From assembly GCA_951406725.2 (NCBI GenBank), contig OX597820.1, forward strand, positions 76,818,001 through 76,882,000: a stretch of DNA of 64,000 bases. Reading direction: 5' to 3'. Of this stretch, positions 1 through 12,372 are shown in pieces; within the stretch, counting starts at the first letter, position 1, and every line of letters begins with the position of its first letter. Under the pieces are notes generated by a model. It was not told the DNA's origin. It worked only from the letters and a program-made list of their open reading frames with translations, and searched no databases. Both the position numbers and the translations under genes were made by a program. This DNA is from Octopus vulgaris (lineage: Eukaryota).

Positions 1-325
1 CACTTTGATATTTATCATTGTTTGATTTCACGTTTTCAATATCAGCGACAGTGGACGCTGGAAAAAGTATAAGTATTTGTGAAGGAAATCTAATTCTCGC
101 CGACAACTGTGATTGTCACACGCTGACGAGAGGTCAATACCTCGAAACTCGAGTCCGTGTGTATCATAAGTTGAAGACGGGAAGGATGACTTCCCTTTGC
201 AAATACTGACAGGACACAGAAAGTGTGTCTATGGCCAGCTGGAGGAGTGTGTCCTCCTGGGGCTAAAAACTACAGTAGCATCCACCCTTAGGGGTTAGCC
301 ATATTGAAATGGCAAATATACGTCA

Positions 326-362
<37 letters not shown>

Positions 363-381
363 ATACATATATATGACATAT

Positions 382-716
382 AAAGACCCCCTTCGGTCAT
401 GAATGACCATGGGATTGCACCTAGAAAGTTACCCTCCTAGACACAAGTCCGGGCAAGGTTGTTTATGGAAGACCAGCAGTCGCCCATGCATACCAGCCTC
501 CCCTCTCCACGCCACCAGTGTTATCCAAGGGAAATACAAAGGTTGATACAGCTTGGCACCAGTGACGTCGCAACTCATTTCTACAGCTGAGTGAACTGGA
601 GCAACGTGAAATAAAGTGCCTTGCACAAGAACACGACACGCAGTCCGGTCCGGGATTCGAGCTCACAACCTCACGATCGTAAGCTCGACGCTCTAACCAC
701 TGAGCCATGCGCCTTC
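382..716 (-). mobile_element. tRNA-derived SINE, family A
   Basis: Minus strand starts GAAGGCGCATGGCTCAGTGGTTAGAGCG (A box) ...GAGCTCGAATCCC (B-box-like). It continues into the core CAAGGCACTTTATTTCACGTTGCTCCAGTTCACTCAGCTG and is flanked by TA-rich microsatellites. Confidence 0.85.
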
Positions 717-822
717 ACATATGACATATATATATATATGATATATAATATATATATGATATACATATATATGATATATATATGATATATATATATATAT
801 GATATATATATATATGATATAT

Positions 823-996
823 ATATTAGAGGAAAGGAACAACGAAGAATAAGGCAGAACGAGTGTCTGAAGTCATTTATAATAATCCAGTGTAAGGGGA
901 ATTTGTTATCCCACAAACAGCTGTAAGGCTTCAAATTCACCTTATTATAAATGACTTGAAATGCTCATCCTGCCTTGGTTAATGTTGACCTTTTCC

Positions 997-1004
<8 letters not shown>
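823..1004. repeat. Fold-back element with ~63-bp imperfect inverted arms in (TA)n; probably PLE-derived
   Basis: 823-885 matches the reverse complement of 942-1004 (atattagaggaaa...aagtcatttataataa). The spacer contains AAACAGCTGTA. Confidence 0.75.
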
Positions 1005-1064
<60 letters not shown>

Positions 1065-1734
1065 TGCTTATATATATGTGTGTGTCTGTATTTATGTGTG
1101 TAAAATCTAGTTGATGTAATCTTTAATCTTTGATCGCATGTGTTAGCAATTAATTGCTAATTAATTTTTCTTCATCAAGGATCTCCATTGATAGAGTACG
1201 ATAGGCAATTCCTTTGATATAGCTGCATGATTAAACGAAGTGTAATTTATTGAATTTTGTATCTAAAGGCGAAATTAAATAAGTATAGAAAATTGAAATT
1301 TAATTGAGCACTAATATTCATTAAATAAGACTCAGTTTTGCATTTAATTTCCTCAAAATATTATATTAGGAACGCAACATATTCAGTCATCAAGTTTGCA
1401 TTAATTTTATGTGTCTGTGTTTAGCTTTCGCTTCTAGTTCATATATAAAAAAAAATACTATAAAATATCATTTTGTTATTGCTATGCAATCTGTAATTTT
1501 TCTTGATTATTTCTAACTAGATTTAAGGATGGGCTTTCAACGTTAATGTTTTCTAAATAAAAATAATTTGCATCGGGATTTTAAGTTTTTGATTAAATTC
1601 GCGAGAAGATTGTTTCTTGTACAAAAATAAAGAAAATCAATATTTATTTATCTCACAGATGTGTGTCAGAAATAATTCAATAGACTAACATTTTCTAATT
1701 GCATAGATATGTTTATTAATGATTAGTTATTATT

Positions 1735-2455
1735 ATTCGTCTTGATTCAGGCTTGGCCTTGTTCATGTTAGAATTTATGTGGGTAGCGCATTAAAACCTG
1801 TAACATTAGATATCTACAATCTTTCAATAACCCTCTGATAATCTTTCCTGTTCTAAGAGACAAACTTTTTGTAGCAGCTCTACTGGACATTCCATTCTAA
1901 TCTCCTTCAACCATTTGTGTATATCATTACTTAAAGTCACTAATGCACCAATTATGAGTGGCACAGTTTTAAATATTCTGAATTCTCGCTACCTCAAATT
2001 TTAAGGGATTGTAATATTTTTTATTTTTCGTATTATTCACAATCCTGAAATCAGACAGATATGGTGGATCTATCAGTAAGCAAACTCGCTTTTTCTTGTC
2101 TAATATTATCACTTTTAGCTTATTATTTTCTGTATTCTTATCCGTCTGAACTGGATAATACCACAAAAACTTGCATTTTTTCGACTCAAGTAATCTTTCT
2201 ACTCGATGATAATACAAAGTATTCCAACTTTAAATGCCCATTTCTGACCAAGCTTCCACTGCAGAACTTTTACAGCCTGATCAGACCCCTATTTTTTATG
2301 CTCTCACGGAACAGACTTCGGCTATTCTGCAACATTGTTTCTTTCAGAATTCCAAAAACTCGACATTTTATTGACCGCCTCCACATACACATATTTTCTT
2401 AAGTTGTTCGTAATGATTGCTCTTGAGCTGTTATAATGAGGCACTCTGTTTTTTT
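1735..2455 (-). mobile_element. Dong/R4-type non-LTR retrotransposon, 3' fragment (REL endonuclease)
   Basis: ORF 1969..2217 WYYPVQTDK...IILDKKKRVCLLID...LKFEVARI resembles the WDFxIQTD..PD..LLID..KY.DL REL motif. An (AAT)-type tail lies near 1727-1737. Confidence 0.8.
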
Positions 2456-2484
2456 TTTCTCAATCGCCCGTTTTTCAATAAAAC

Positions 2485-2750
2485 CCCGGATTATTCAAAC
2501 TCAAAAAAACATCCCGCTCAACACACGGCTATGATACTCCCCAGCTACTTATGTTCGTGATCATAGATTCACATAGCATCAGCCACTGAGGAACATGCTC
2601 AACCGATCATGGTCTAGCAACTGACTAGCAAATATGCAGTATGAACATATTTCCTGCAGCCCATCTGTTATACAGAGACAAAACATGTACAGGATAATAC
2701 TTTCAATCAGTCCAGATCAGAAGCCATGAACATCACCACTTCGAATCTCT
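2485..2750 (+). mobile_element. Unclassified retroposon 3' end, same family as 21830-22155
   Basis: Aligns by eye to the reverse complement of 21830-22155 (ttattcaaac...ggctatgat...acatgctcaa...caatcagt). Confidence 0.6.
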
Positions 2751-2984
2751 CACTATAATAGCGATTCTGGTTGTTGTATCATGTAGTACAATCATATGCA
2801 ATTTTTCTGTTGGAAAATTGCTGATGTAATCATTGGAATTTCTCACATCTCAAAATTGTCCCCCATAATTTACATAATAATATTCAAATTGTAATCAAAC
2901 CCTTTAATACCACCGTGATATATTAATGATGATGATGAAAATGATAACAACAACAACAACAGCAACAGCAACAACAATAATAAT

Positions 2985-4560
2985 AGACCAATAACATGCC
3001 TTCCGCTAATGTCGAAACTAATGTCAGGTGCTCTGGCTGGTGATATGTACAAATACTTGAAAAAAGTTGGCTGCTACCCATTGAATAGAAAAGGTACCGA
3101 AAAAGGAGCCGGGGAACGAATGATTAGCTCTTAATTGATAATCTAATTATCAGGAATTGTAAGAGAAGACATACACATCTGATCATGGAACTGGTTGACT
3201 ATCGCAATGCGTATGATATGATACCACACTTCTGGTTAATAAGAACAATGAAAATGTATGGAGTAGCAGGGAATATGAGAAGCCTTATATGGAACAGTAT
3301 GAAATGCTGGAGAACGGAATTGACAGCAGGAAAGCAAGTACTAGGAGAGGTGAAAATCAAGAGAAGAATCTTCCAGGTGGACAGTGTGTCCCCACTGATA
3401 TTAGTGCTGGGAATTATACACTTAAGTGAAATACTGCAGAAAACAAAGATGAGGTATGATCTCGGAAAAGGTGAGGGAAATCTAAAACACTTGTTATTCA
3501 TGGACGACCTGAAGCTATTCACGAGAACTGAAGTAGAACTGGACAGTCTGGTCGAGTGTGTGCGGATTTTCTCCAATGATGTTAAGATGGAATTTGGATT
3601 TTCAAAATATGCTACGATGTTTCTGGAAGGTAATTCAACCTCAATACAGTTTAAAATACCTAGGTATAATTGAAGCAGATGGAATCGCACATCACGACAT
3701 GAAGCAAACGACAAAAAGAGAATGAGAAAACTATTGACGAGTGAGAAAAGTAAGAAAACTATTGATTTCAAAGCTGAATGCCAGAAACATAATTTTGGCA
3801 ATAAACTTGCCCGCATTCGCAGTAGTTCGTTATGGCACTGGAATCCTGAAGTGGACAAAGGAGGATCTAAAGGAGATGGATAAGAAGTCTAGTAAGATGT
3901 ATGGTGCCTATCATCCACGTGCAGGCACTGATAGCCTATACATGAAGAGAGCAAATGGAGGAAGGGGACTGATAAGTGTGGAAGACTGCGTGCGTATCGA
4001 ACTCGAGAACTTAATGAGATACTTAGCCCAAAGGAAACCTTGCTAGTGACATTTAGGAACGAGTGAGTATTGGGAGCACAAAAAAGGGAAGACAAAGAAA
4101 GAAGTACAAAAAGCACATCAAGAAGAATTTCACAAGAAGGGGCTCCACAGTCAATTCCATGTAGCCACAGCAGAAGTTGCTGGAAAGAATAGGATGGATT
4201 GGCTGATGAACGGAACCCTATAAAAAGAGGCGGACTGCACTACACTGGAAGCGCAGAACCAAGTTCCTAAACCTGAGGAATGAGCAAATGTCTTCGCTGT
4301 GCCGCATCTGCAATTGAGTGGATGAAATCATTACCGATGTCATGAACGAATGCCCTAGACGTGCCCAAAACACCAACGAGTTCTGGCTTCATGACCAGGT
4401 AGCAGAAGTGCTACTTAGGAAACTGCGAAAAGTGAAGGCTAGAGAGAGGCAAGACGTGTTGTGAGAATAAACCGCAGAGAGTGGCGGAGTGGGATACTAG
4501 CAAAATCCTCTGAGATTTCCCAATCCAAACAGATGAGGTGCTACAGCAACAACAGAGAGC
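2985..4560 (+). mobile_element. Dong/R4-type LINE, degraded RT plus Zn knuckle plus start of REL
   Basis: VDYRNAYDMIPH, IFQVDSVSP and HLLFMDDLKLF (RT motifs), GGRGLISVED, CRIC..ECP..HDQV and DFPIQTD, with stops and frameshifts. Confidence 0.9.
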
Positions 4561-4669
4561 ACATGAATTCTTCGCAGGGTTCTTGAAGCATGACCAGCAA
4601 ACAAATGTGACCTTAGCCAGCTGGCTGTTGACAGCTGATACTTTCCAGCAAAATATTATGTGTGGTTTC

Positions 4670-4671
<2 letters not shown>

Positions 4672-4731
<60 letters not shown>
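4672..4731 (+). repeat. (AAT)n microsatellite
   Basis: About 20 perfect AAT units between two LINE fragments. Confidence 0.95.
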
Positions 4732-4734
<3 letters not shown>

Positions 4735-5575
4735 CCAGCATCTGTCCTGACTGAATATACCTATAGTTTTTTTTAATAGAAAGTGGCTTATACCCTAATG
4801 CGCAAAAAGGATGTAAAGGCGCATCCTATGGTTGTAAAAATCCGCTACTCACCATTAGGATGATCTTGGAAGATTGTCACAAACAACTTGTCAATACCTT
4901 GGGTAGACTATAAAAATATTTTGATAGCCTACCTCATAGCTGGATTGAGAAATGTCTGGAAATGTATAAAAGAGCTCCTCCTCTGAGAAACTTTTTGTCA
5001 GTAAGTATGGGTTTATGGAAAATCACACTGACTTTCAACAGTGACAATAAATCTCTTAATGCTGGGAATGTAAGAATTTCATGTGGCATTTTCCAGGGAG
5101 ACTCGTTATTACTACTCCTATTTTGTCTAGCCTTAATACCTCTCTCAAAATTGCTCAATGATGTACAGTACGGTTATAAAATATTTGATAAAAGTATAAA
5201 TCATCTAATTTGCATGGATGATTTAAAGCTCTTTGCCAAAAAATTGACCAATAACTGATGGGCTTACTAGCGATTGCTAAACAATTCAATGATGACATCA
5301 GGATGCAATCTGGTCTCGATATAAATGTGCAAAAGCTACCACCAAAGGAAAAAGACAGAAACATCTAACGTTAACCTTGCCCAGCAGAATATCATAAAAG
5401 AGTTAGAACCAGCAGAGAGCTACAAATACCTAGGGGTTTTTGAAGGGAACGGAATCAAACATTCAGTGATGAGGGAAAGTATCAGAAAAGATTGTTATTG
5501 CTGGGTGAGAGCAATACTAAAGACAGGGCTGAATGCAAGAAACAGGATCGAAGCGATCGATACTTTAGCCATATC
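4735..5575 (+). mobile_element. Dong/R4-type LINE, second RT fragment
   Basis: QKGCKGASYGCK, WVDYK, FDSLPHSWI, GIFQGDSL, NHLICMDDLKLFAK, YKYLGV and LKTGLNARN. Confidence 0.9.
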
Positions 5576-5619
5576 TAGGGAGAGTAATCCACTGTCAGCT
5601 TTGTAGAAAACTAAGATTT

Positions 5620-6210
5620 GAACACACTGACAAAAGGGAATGATCACGACCCTAATAAAGAACTAGAATGTAAGAAATACATGATGTTGTGGGCATTTAA
5701 CATTCACACAGACAGAGTAATAGAAGCTAGAATGCCTGATTTGGTAGTAGACGATAAAGAGAATAGAAAGTGCCAGATAATTAACTTTACTGTCAGAAAC
5801 GTTTAAAACATTAATATGAGAATTATAGAATTAATAGCAAGAATTATAGAATTAATGGCAAAGTACCAGGATCTGGCTATTGAATTACAGAAACTATGGA
5901 AAGTGCGGGTAAAATGTATCCCAGTAGTTATAGGTGCATTGGGAACTATCACTAAAGATCTGAACAGATGGATAGAAGAAACGGTAATAAAACCTGTTTA
6001 ATACAGCTCCAGAAAACAGTGTTATTAAAGCCAACTAGAATACTTAGGAGGTTTCTTGGCATCTAAGATCACTTGTTGTTGGCCAATGTTAGGATTTTCT
6101 CTTTTCCAACAGTCTAATTTGTTGAGAGCATATCAAAATAATAATAATAACGACGACGACGATGACAACAACAACAACAACAACAATGATGATGATAAGA
6201 ATAAGAATAA
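5620..6210 (+). mobile_element. Dong/R4-type LINE 3' end (REL domain, UTR, AAT/AAC/GAT tail)
   Basis: WAFNIHTDRVIEARMPDLVV and KYQDLAIELQKLW..PVVIGALG, followed by a trinucleotide tail. Confidence 0.85.
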
Positions 6211-6789
6211 TAAACTAGAGACTGGACAGAAAAATAGGGTAGTGTAAAAATTGCTTGACTGTAGCAGTTTTATTTTCTATTGGCATTTTCGATGCGAAAT
6301 AATTATAAGGAAGCCGAAGTGAGTCAACTCTTGTGTGATATGATTTTTACCGTCGGGAACATTGCCAGCAATTCATAGAACTTGGTAAAAATGATTGAGT
6401 GTCATTTATGCTTTTTGCATAATGATGGACGTTAACTAGAGAGTGAGATTTTACAAGTTATCAATTTCTGTAGGGACTGATATTTGTTTTAATATTTTCC
6501 TTTTAAATTTTATTCAATGAAATAAAAAATGTAAATATACGAACTGATAAAGTATATTTTATAACAATTTATGACGTAAAAAGTGGACATTAAAATGAAA
6601 TTTTTGTAGATTAACGAAGTAAACTTTTTGGGGGATGAAGGAAAAAAGAAACTTATTTGGTTTAATGCCAACAAGATAATGGAATGTATGAGAAGTTATT
6701 CCTAATTGTTATTAGTTCATTCATGACAGTAAATGTAAATTCTTTTTTATCGATTAGCAAACATATGTTGACTTATATTGATTTCTATC

Positions 6790-6990
6790 GTAACCACAAG
6801 GTCATATAATTTGGGAGGTAGAGATGCCGGTTATATCGATTAACGTACTTGGATTGCATCTGATTTATAGGTGTCGAAAAGAAATAAATAGAATCTATAC
6901 TTATGAGAATTGAACCCAGGAAATAAAGGAATTTAAAATGTACCCTGCAAAATAATTGCTTGGCTTCGCTATCCGTTCCGATGATCCATC
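6790..6990 (-). mobile_element. Highly degraded Nin-type SINE
   Basis: Weak colinear similarity to 27600-27808 (cacaagg..aatttgggagg..tatatcga..gaattgaac.cag). Confidence 0.4.
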
Positions 6991-8139
6991 ACCTGCAAAT
7001 TATGTCAAGTAGCATATGGCAGAACAAATTATATGACGCAATGGTGGTACTAACGTTGCATGATTGCAATTAAACTGTAAAAGGGGAAGTTAAGCCTGTG
7101 ATATCATTGAATATAAAATGTCAATAGAAGTCATAAACTACGATGTAAGTTTTCGTCTCTAGGGATTCGTGTGTCACAATCATAACAACTGATGCACATT
7201 AAAACAAACATTAAATGCTAAAGTTAAGTATTGTAATGACTGAACATTATGTAAATTCACTATTCTATGGTCATAGAGGTAAGGTTAACGTCGACATCAA
7301 ATCCTGTGTTATCCGCTCTGAAAACATGAAATAGCAGGTGGAAGATACACTCAGCAGAACATAGAGATATATTAAATACAAGCTTGGTTCGTTAGCTAGG
7401 GTTATACAATAACGCTCCATGATAAGAAGATATTTGTATACGAACAAGAATGTAGTTAAGGACATGATAAGAAAGCTTGTTCTATAATATACTCGATATT
7501 TTGCAGCTATTTAATTCGTACCCATAAATCTACAAAACAAAAGCTGCTTTAATACATTTCGCACATGCACACACATACATATAAAAGACACTGAAACTAA
7601 CGCGAAATACATGTACACGTGAATCATACGATACAAGATCCTGTCACAAACAAGCAACAACCTTGTATCGTTTGGACAATATACATACAGCATCAGACGG
7701 GCTGTCTATTTTGAGAGTAAAACATTAAATATATCACTGCTATCTGTAAGAAAATCTCAACGCATAATCCACTTCCACTGACTCAAAATGTGTACAAACT
7801 ACCGAGAAGTAAATAGTGATTATAGAGATATAATCCAATACTGATTAAGGTTTCCAATTTGGTTTATCAATTTCATGGCAAATATTTGTGTACCGAAAGT
7901 ACTGCTGTACCCCTTCACAGAATGTAGGAATGCGATGAAGTGACGAAAGAACTCTGTAGATGTTTAGTTCTCTTCCATTGCAGCATTAAAGCTTCACAGA
8001 CAGGTACCCATACCGACGATAGTTTCGAAACCTCTACAAAAGTCAAGAGGTTTGTTGAGTCAGGTGTTGCGACTATGGGCCAGTTATGTATATCGTGTTG
8101 AGTTAAAAGATTTATATTATTTGTTAAGTTGCAATAAAA

Positions 8140-8620
8140 GCAGCCTAGCATTCAAAGGAGAGGCCATTCTGTTTCACCGTCTGAAGACACTCTTTTCTGC
8201 CAGATGTTATATCCCAAGAGGATACCAGTTTTTATCGTTTGATGTGAAGAATTCCTCCACTGAAACTCTCACCCACTTTTGGTTGATGAAGCGTCGCAAG
8301 TGCATATAGTAATCCACGGATGGGAACAAACTGAACACGCGATGCCATTGTAGTAATCTCCGTTTTCCTTGAGCAAGATGTGATGGCTTGCTTTCTCAGT
8401 GGCTTCAGGCAATTCTGCAGCAACATCGTTTTTCTGCTTCGCAGCAGTCCCAAGCATCCTGGGCGTCGAGTGAACCCTCGTCTTCTAACACTTATCTCTA
8501 CAAGTGGCTCTATTGCCTTCCAAAACACAAACAATCTGACAGTCATTTCCACCCACAAATATTCTTTCTCATAGAGGTCGGTTGTGTACTTGACATGAAT
8601 GGTCAAACACTTTGAAACTA
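8140..8620 (-). mobile_element. Mariner transposase relic, C-terminal part
   Basis: Minus strand reads DYYMHLRRFINQKWVRVSVEEFFTSNDKNWY..GI*HLAE, similar to the mariner DYHLF...FF.SK..WY..GI..L.ERW region. Same family as 34830-35230. Confidence 0.65.
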
Positions 8621-9751
8621 AGCCAAAATAATGCAGAAGAAATAAAATAATTACGAAATGACACTGATTTACAAATACAGTAATTAAATAGCAATGATTG
8701 TCAAACATGTTTAAACAATAACTTTCTGTGAAAGGAAGATATCTGTAAATGAGGAAGAAATTTTTATAAGGATGTGATACGAAAGTTCGTTATATAATAT
8801 ACTGAACATTTTACTGCTATTTCATTTATATCACAGGTCTATCAAAACTGCATAGATCTACCAAACTAGAACTGCTATAATAACATATACACACATGTGT
8901 AGAGATTAAGACAAATACGCAAAAGAACAATTCTTGATGTAATAATTCCAGCCTCCAATCCAAACCAGTGAAATAAAAAAATATGGTATGCTGTCTCAAA
9001 TTAAAAAACATGAATTTTGTACTATACAATGAAAAAACAATCTCTTTCCTCAATTATTCCCAAGCATGCTTGGGGGCAATTTCCTATTAAAATTCTAATC
9101 AGAAATTAAAAAATTATATATAGAGAGAGGCTTGAATACATGTTGACAAATAATCACAAATACTATCACACACATGTACGTACACCAACGTTATATAACT
9201 ATATATACATGCGTTCGCGCGCTCATGCGGTTACACATATACAAAAACATGTATTCTGCTGATTGGCCAGCTATTTTCCATTCAAATTGAAAAGATATTT
9301 TCCCTGCCAAGCACAGGCGACAGCCCTGTTTGGCAAACGCTCAGCAATAGTTCTTGAAGAGATTTTATAGAATTTAAGCATTAAGTTTAAGCATTAATGT
9401 TTGCATTATAGAAATGATTCTAACATGGAAATTTGTATTTTGTTTTCCTTGTATGGCACTGCTGCACATCCGCAAGGCTTACGCCATCTGTACATACTAC
9501 AGGTCAACGATTTGAATTCGTTCTGGGGTGAAAGGAATGTAGCATAACGGTGCACGGAAATAACTGCGAATTACCGATATCTGTCGTTGTTGTTAACCGC
9601 CGGACGTTTCGTTTTGTGTTGAACTACTCTATGTTTTCGACTCTCTACATTTTTAAATGGCCTTCTGTGAACTAAATACTACAGCTTAAAAGCCTTTAAC
9701 AACAGATATACATTAAGTATATAACAGTAATATGATTTTATCTCTCTCTCT

Positions 9752-9869
<118 letters not shown>

Positions 9870-9882
9870 TATATATATATAA

Positions 9883-10030
9883 TACGAGGAAGTCCAAATT
9901 TACACGTACTCTTGTATTTTTCAATATATTTACAAAAAATCAAGGGGCAAACAGCTACGTCGTGTTTCGATATAGTCTCCTATCTTTTCAATGCACTATG
10001 TCCAGCGGTCCAGAGGTTTTTTGGTATCTC
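9883..10030 (-). mobile_element. Mariner 3' end with TIR
   Basis: [18 protein letters not shown] on the minus strand, with a tacgagg... TIR-like end abutting a TA tract. Confidence 0.7.
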
Positions 10031-10999
10031 CCGGCTCTGATTGCTTTGGCCTCGGGGGTTAGGAGATGACATCGTCTTCGAACAGAGCTAGTCATGCCAA
10101 GGTTCCTGTTCGCATCTCTGGATACTGTGGAATTTGCATTAATAGAATTAGTCACTGGTATAATGTCATCATTGTAGATAAACACTGAAAAGTGTATATG
10201 AAAATTTGTTTATTTTCTTAACCAGTTTGCAACCCGAACAAATACCACCGAGTTTTGTGACAGCAATCGATGTCACGGAACAACGCAAACGTTAAAGCAG
10301 CTAGCTGATTATTGGCTATGCAGTACTAAGTGGATCTATAACTGAACTTTGGAATATTGTTGTTGGCTAATTGTGAAATTTGTCATTAAGTATGGCAACT
10401 GAGATTTAAGAGAACACTTTAAAAAATATCTGATAATAACATTCTTCAAAGAACCAAGCCTGCTCATGCTGTTCCGCACTAAGTCACGTAAACAAGCAGG
10501 AGATTTTTCTGTGTCTACGTCAGACGATGTTTTATTTTGTTTTTCAATGTGGAATCTCAGACTACTTCAGAAAATGTTATTTTCCCGCACAAAAGTTTTT
10601 TCAACTGAAAAATGTTTCTGTATTTTAAGCAACCTGGGTGTATTTTACGTCATAGTATGTTAAGTTTTGTATGAAATGTTAACTAACCGATCTATTCTTT
10701 TTATGGTCTTCTTCTGCTATCAGAATTTCTAAGTAACAGCGTCTTGAGAGTCATAGCAAAATACCACAGATAAAAAGGAGAGTAGAACGGAACCAGACTA
10801 GGTTTTAGTGGGGAGTTATTTACGAGAATATACAATAAATTAACACTTGTAGTTATCTCTCTGTGCTTAAAATCGCATAATCATCTTGTTACTTGTTCTT
10901 ATTCAAGGCACATAAACATATCTAAGGATTAACATCAGGTAGGTCGATGTAGTAGCATCGGAAGCTATTTTTTCAAACGCTTAATATTGGATTTCAATT

Positions 11000-11200
11000 T
11001 CTGCACAAGCCCAGCAATTTCGGGAGATAGTGGAAGTCTATCAAAACTATTTTAGCGTTCAACTGGAGCCTATTTTATCGACCCTGAAAGGGAGGGATGA
11101 ACGGGAACGTCAGCCGCCGGTGGTATATGAACACAGAACGTAAAGACGGACAAAATGCCGCTAAGCATTTGGCCTGCTGACGATTCTGTCTGCTCGCCAT
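11000..11200 (-). mobile_element. Nin-type tRNA-derived SINE, degraded
   Basis: tattttatcgaccctgaaagg...cagaacgtaaagacgg..aaatgccgctaagcattt...ctgctcgcc is the reverse complement of the family at 33818. Confidence 0.75.
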
Positions 11201-12175
11201 CTCACAGACGCATACTATTTCAGTTAATTCAACACTTAAAACCGACATATATCAAATGTAGTGTAGAGATTTGATCAATATTTCTACCTCCTTTTTTACT
11301 AAAGGCGTTGACTTTGTATCGTAGCTGCTAACGAAGGTGTTACGTCTGATGACGTAACAGACAAACATTTATTTTGATTTCCACTTCTCTTTTTTTGCGA
11401 CAGATGAATGTCTTGTGCAAGAGAGAGAAAAAAAAAACTTATATAATCTAGAGAAATTCAATCAGCTTGTATTTAGTTTTGATATTCCGCATACTGCCAT
11501 GAACGCCTGCAAATAAGTTAAGTACGTGTGCTATTGACAGCCAGGCTGGTTATAAGTAAACCACATGTTGTGTCAGCCGTTCGTATTTTCACCACAATAG
11601 CCGATTATGTTCAGCTACATGAAAAATAATACACAATAACAAAATCAAGAATGATCATGTTGTATGATGGTAGTAGAAGTAGCGTAATCGTATCAGCTCG
11701 TTGGTTTACAGTCAAATCTTATTCCTGACAGGGAAATATGTTGCATATAGTTAAGTGTGGTGTCTTCGGTAATAAGTGAAGCATTTAGACACAACGTACG
11801 CTTGCGATTCAGGGAAATCAATGAATGTGCTTAGCAAGTAAAACTTTCAATTGGATTCATTGTGCTTCCCAATCCATTGGGGGATTTTCGTGTCTATGAG
11901 AAAATGGAATATCATAGAAAGCGGATAATTAACCAACCTCACATATACATACACACATACACACACACACATACATATATACATACATAATACATACATA
12001 CATACATACATACATACATACATAGTGGAATGTACCAGTGAAGACCTCATTAAAACACATTCATACACACATTCCTACGCACACACACATACATACATTC
12101 ATACATACATACATACGTACATACATACATACATACATACTTACATACATACTTACATACATACATACATACATA

Positions 12176-12372
12176 CATAGTGCAATGTACCAGTGAAGAC
12201 CTCATTAAAATGTAAGTACCACAGTCCTGATATAATGATTTGGGATAGAGAAGAGAAGCTGTGCATAGTCGTGGAAATTAGCGGCCCAGCGGGTGTTAAC
12301 AGAAAGCTGAAGATCAGTGAAAAAGAGAACACATATGCTGAACTATTGAGAAATCTTCAGTTATTCTAATCC
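12176..12372 (+). mobile_element. REL-endonuclease LINE fragment, family 2 ((CATA)n-associated)
   Basis: NVPVKTSLKCKYHSPDIMIWDREEKLCIVVEISGP..EKENTYAELLRNLQ. Same family as 23790-24620 and 49560-50285. Confidence 0.8.

Noticed and set aside
640-716. tRNA-like sequences here and at 13206, 19530-19597, 33818 and 44117
   Set aside because: They have A/B boxes but no acceptor stem and run into SINE bodies, so they are SINE heads rather than tRNA genes.
8232-8708. 158-aa ORF as a possible host gene
   Set aside because: It overlaps frameshifted mariner transposase motifs.
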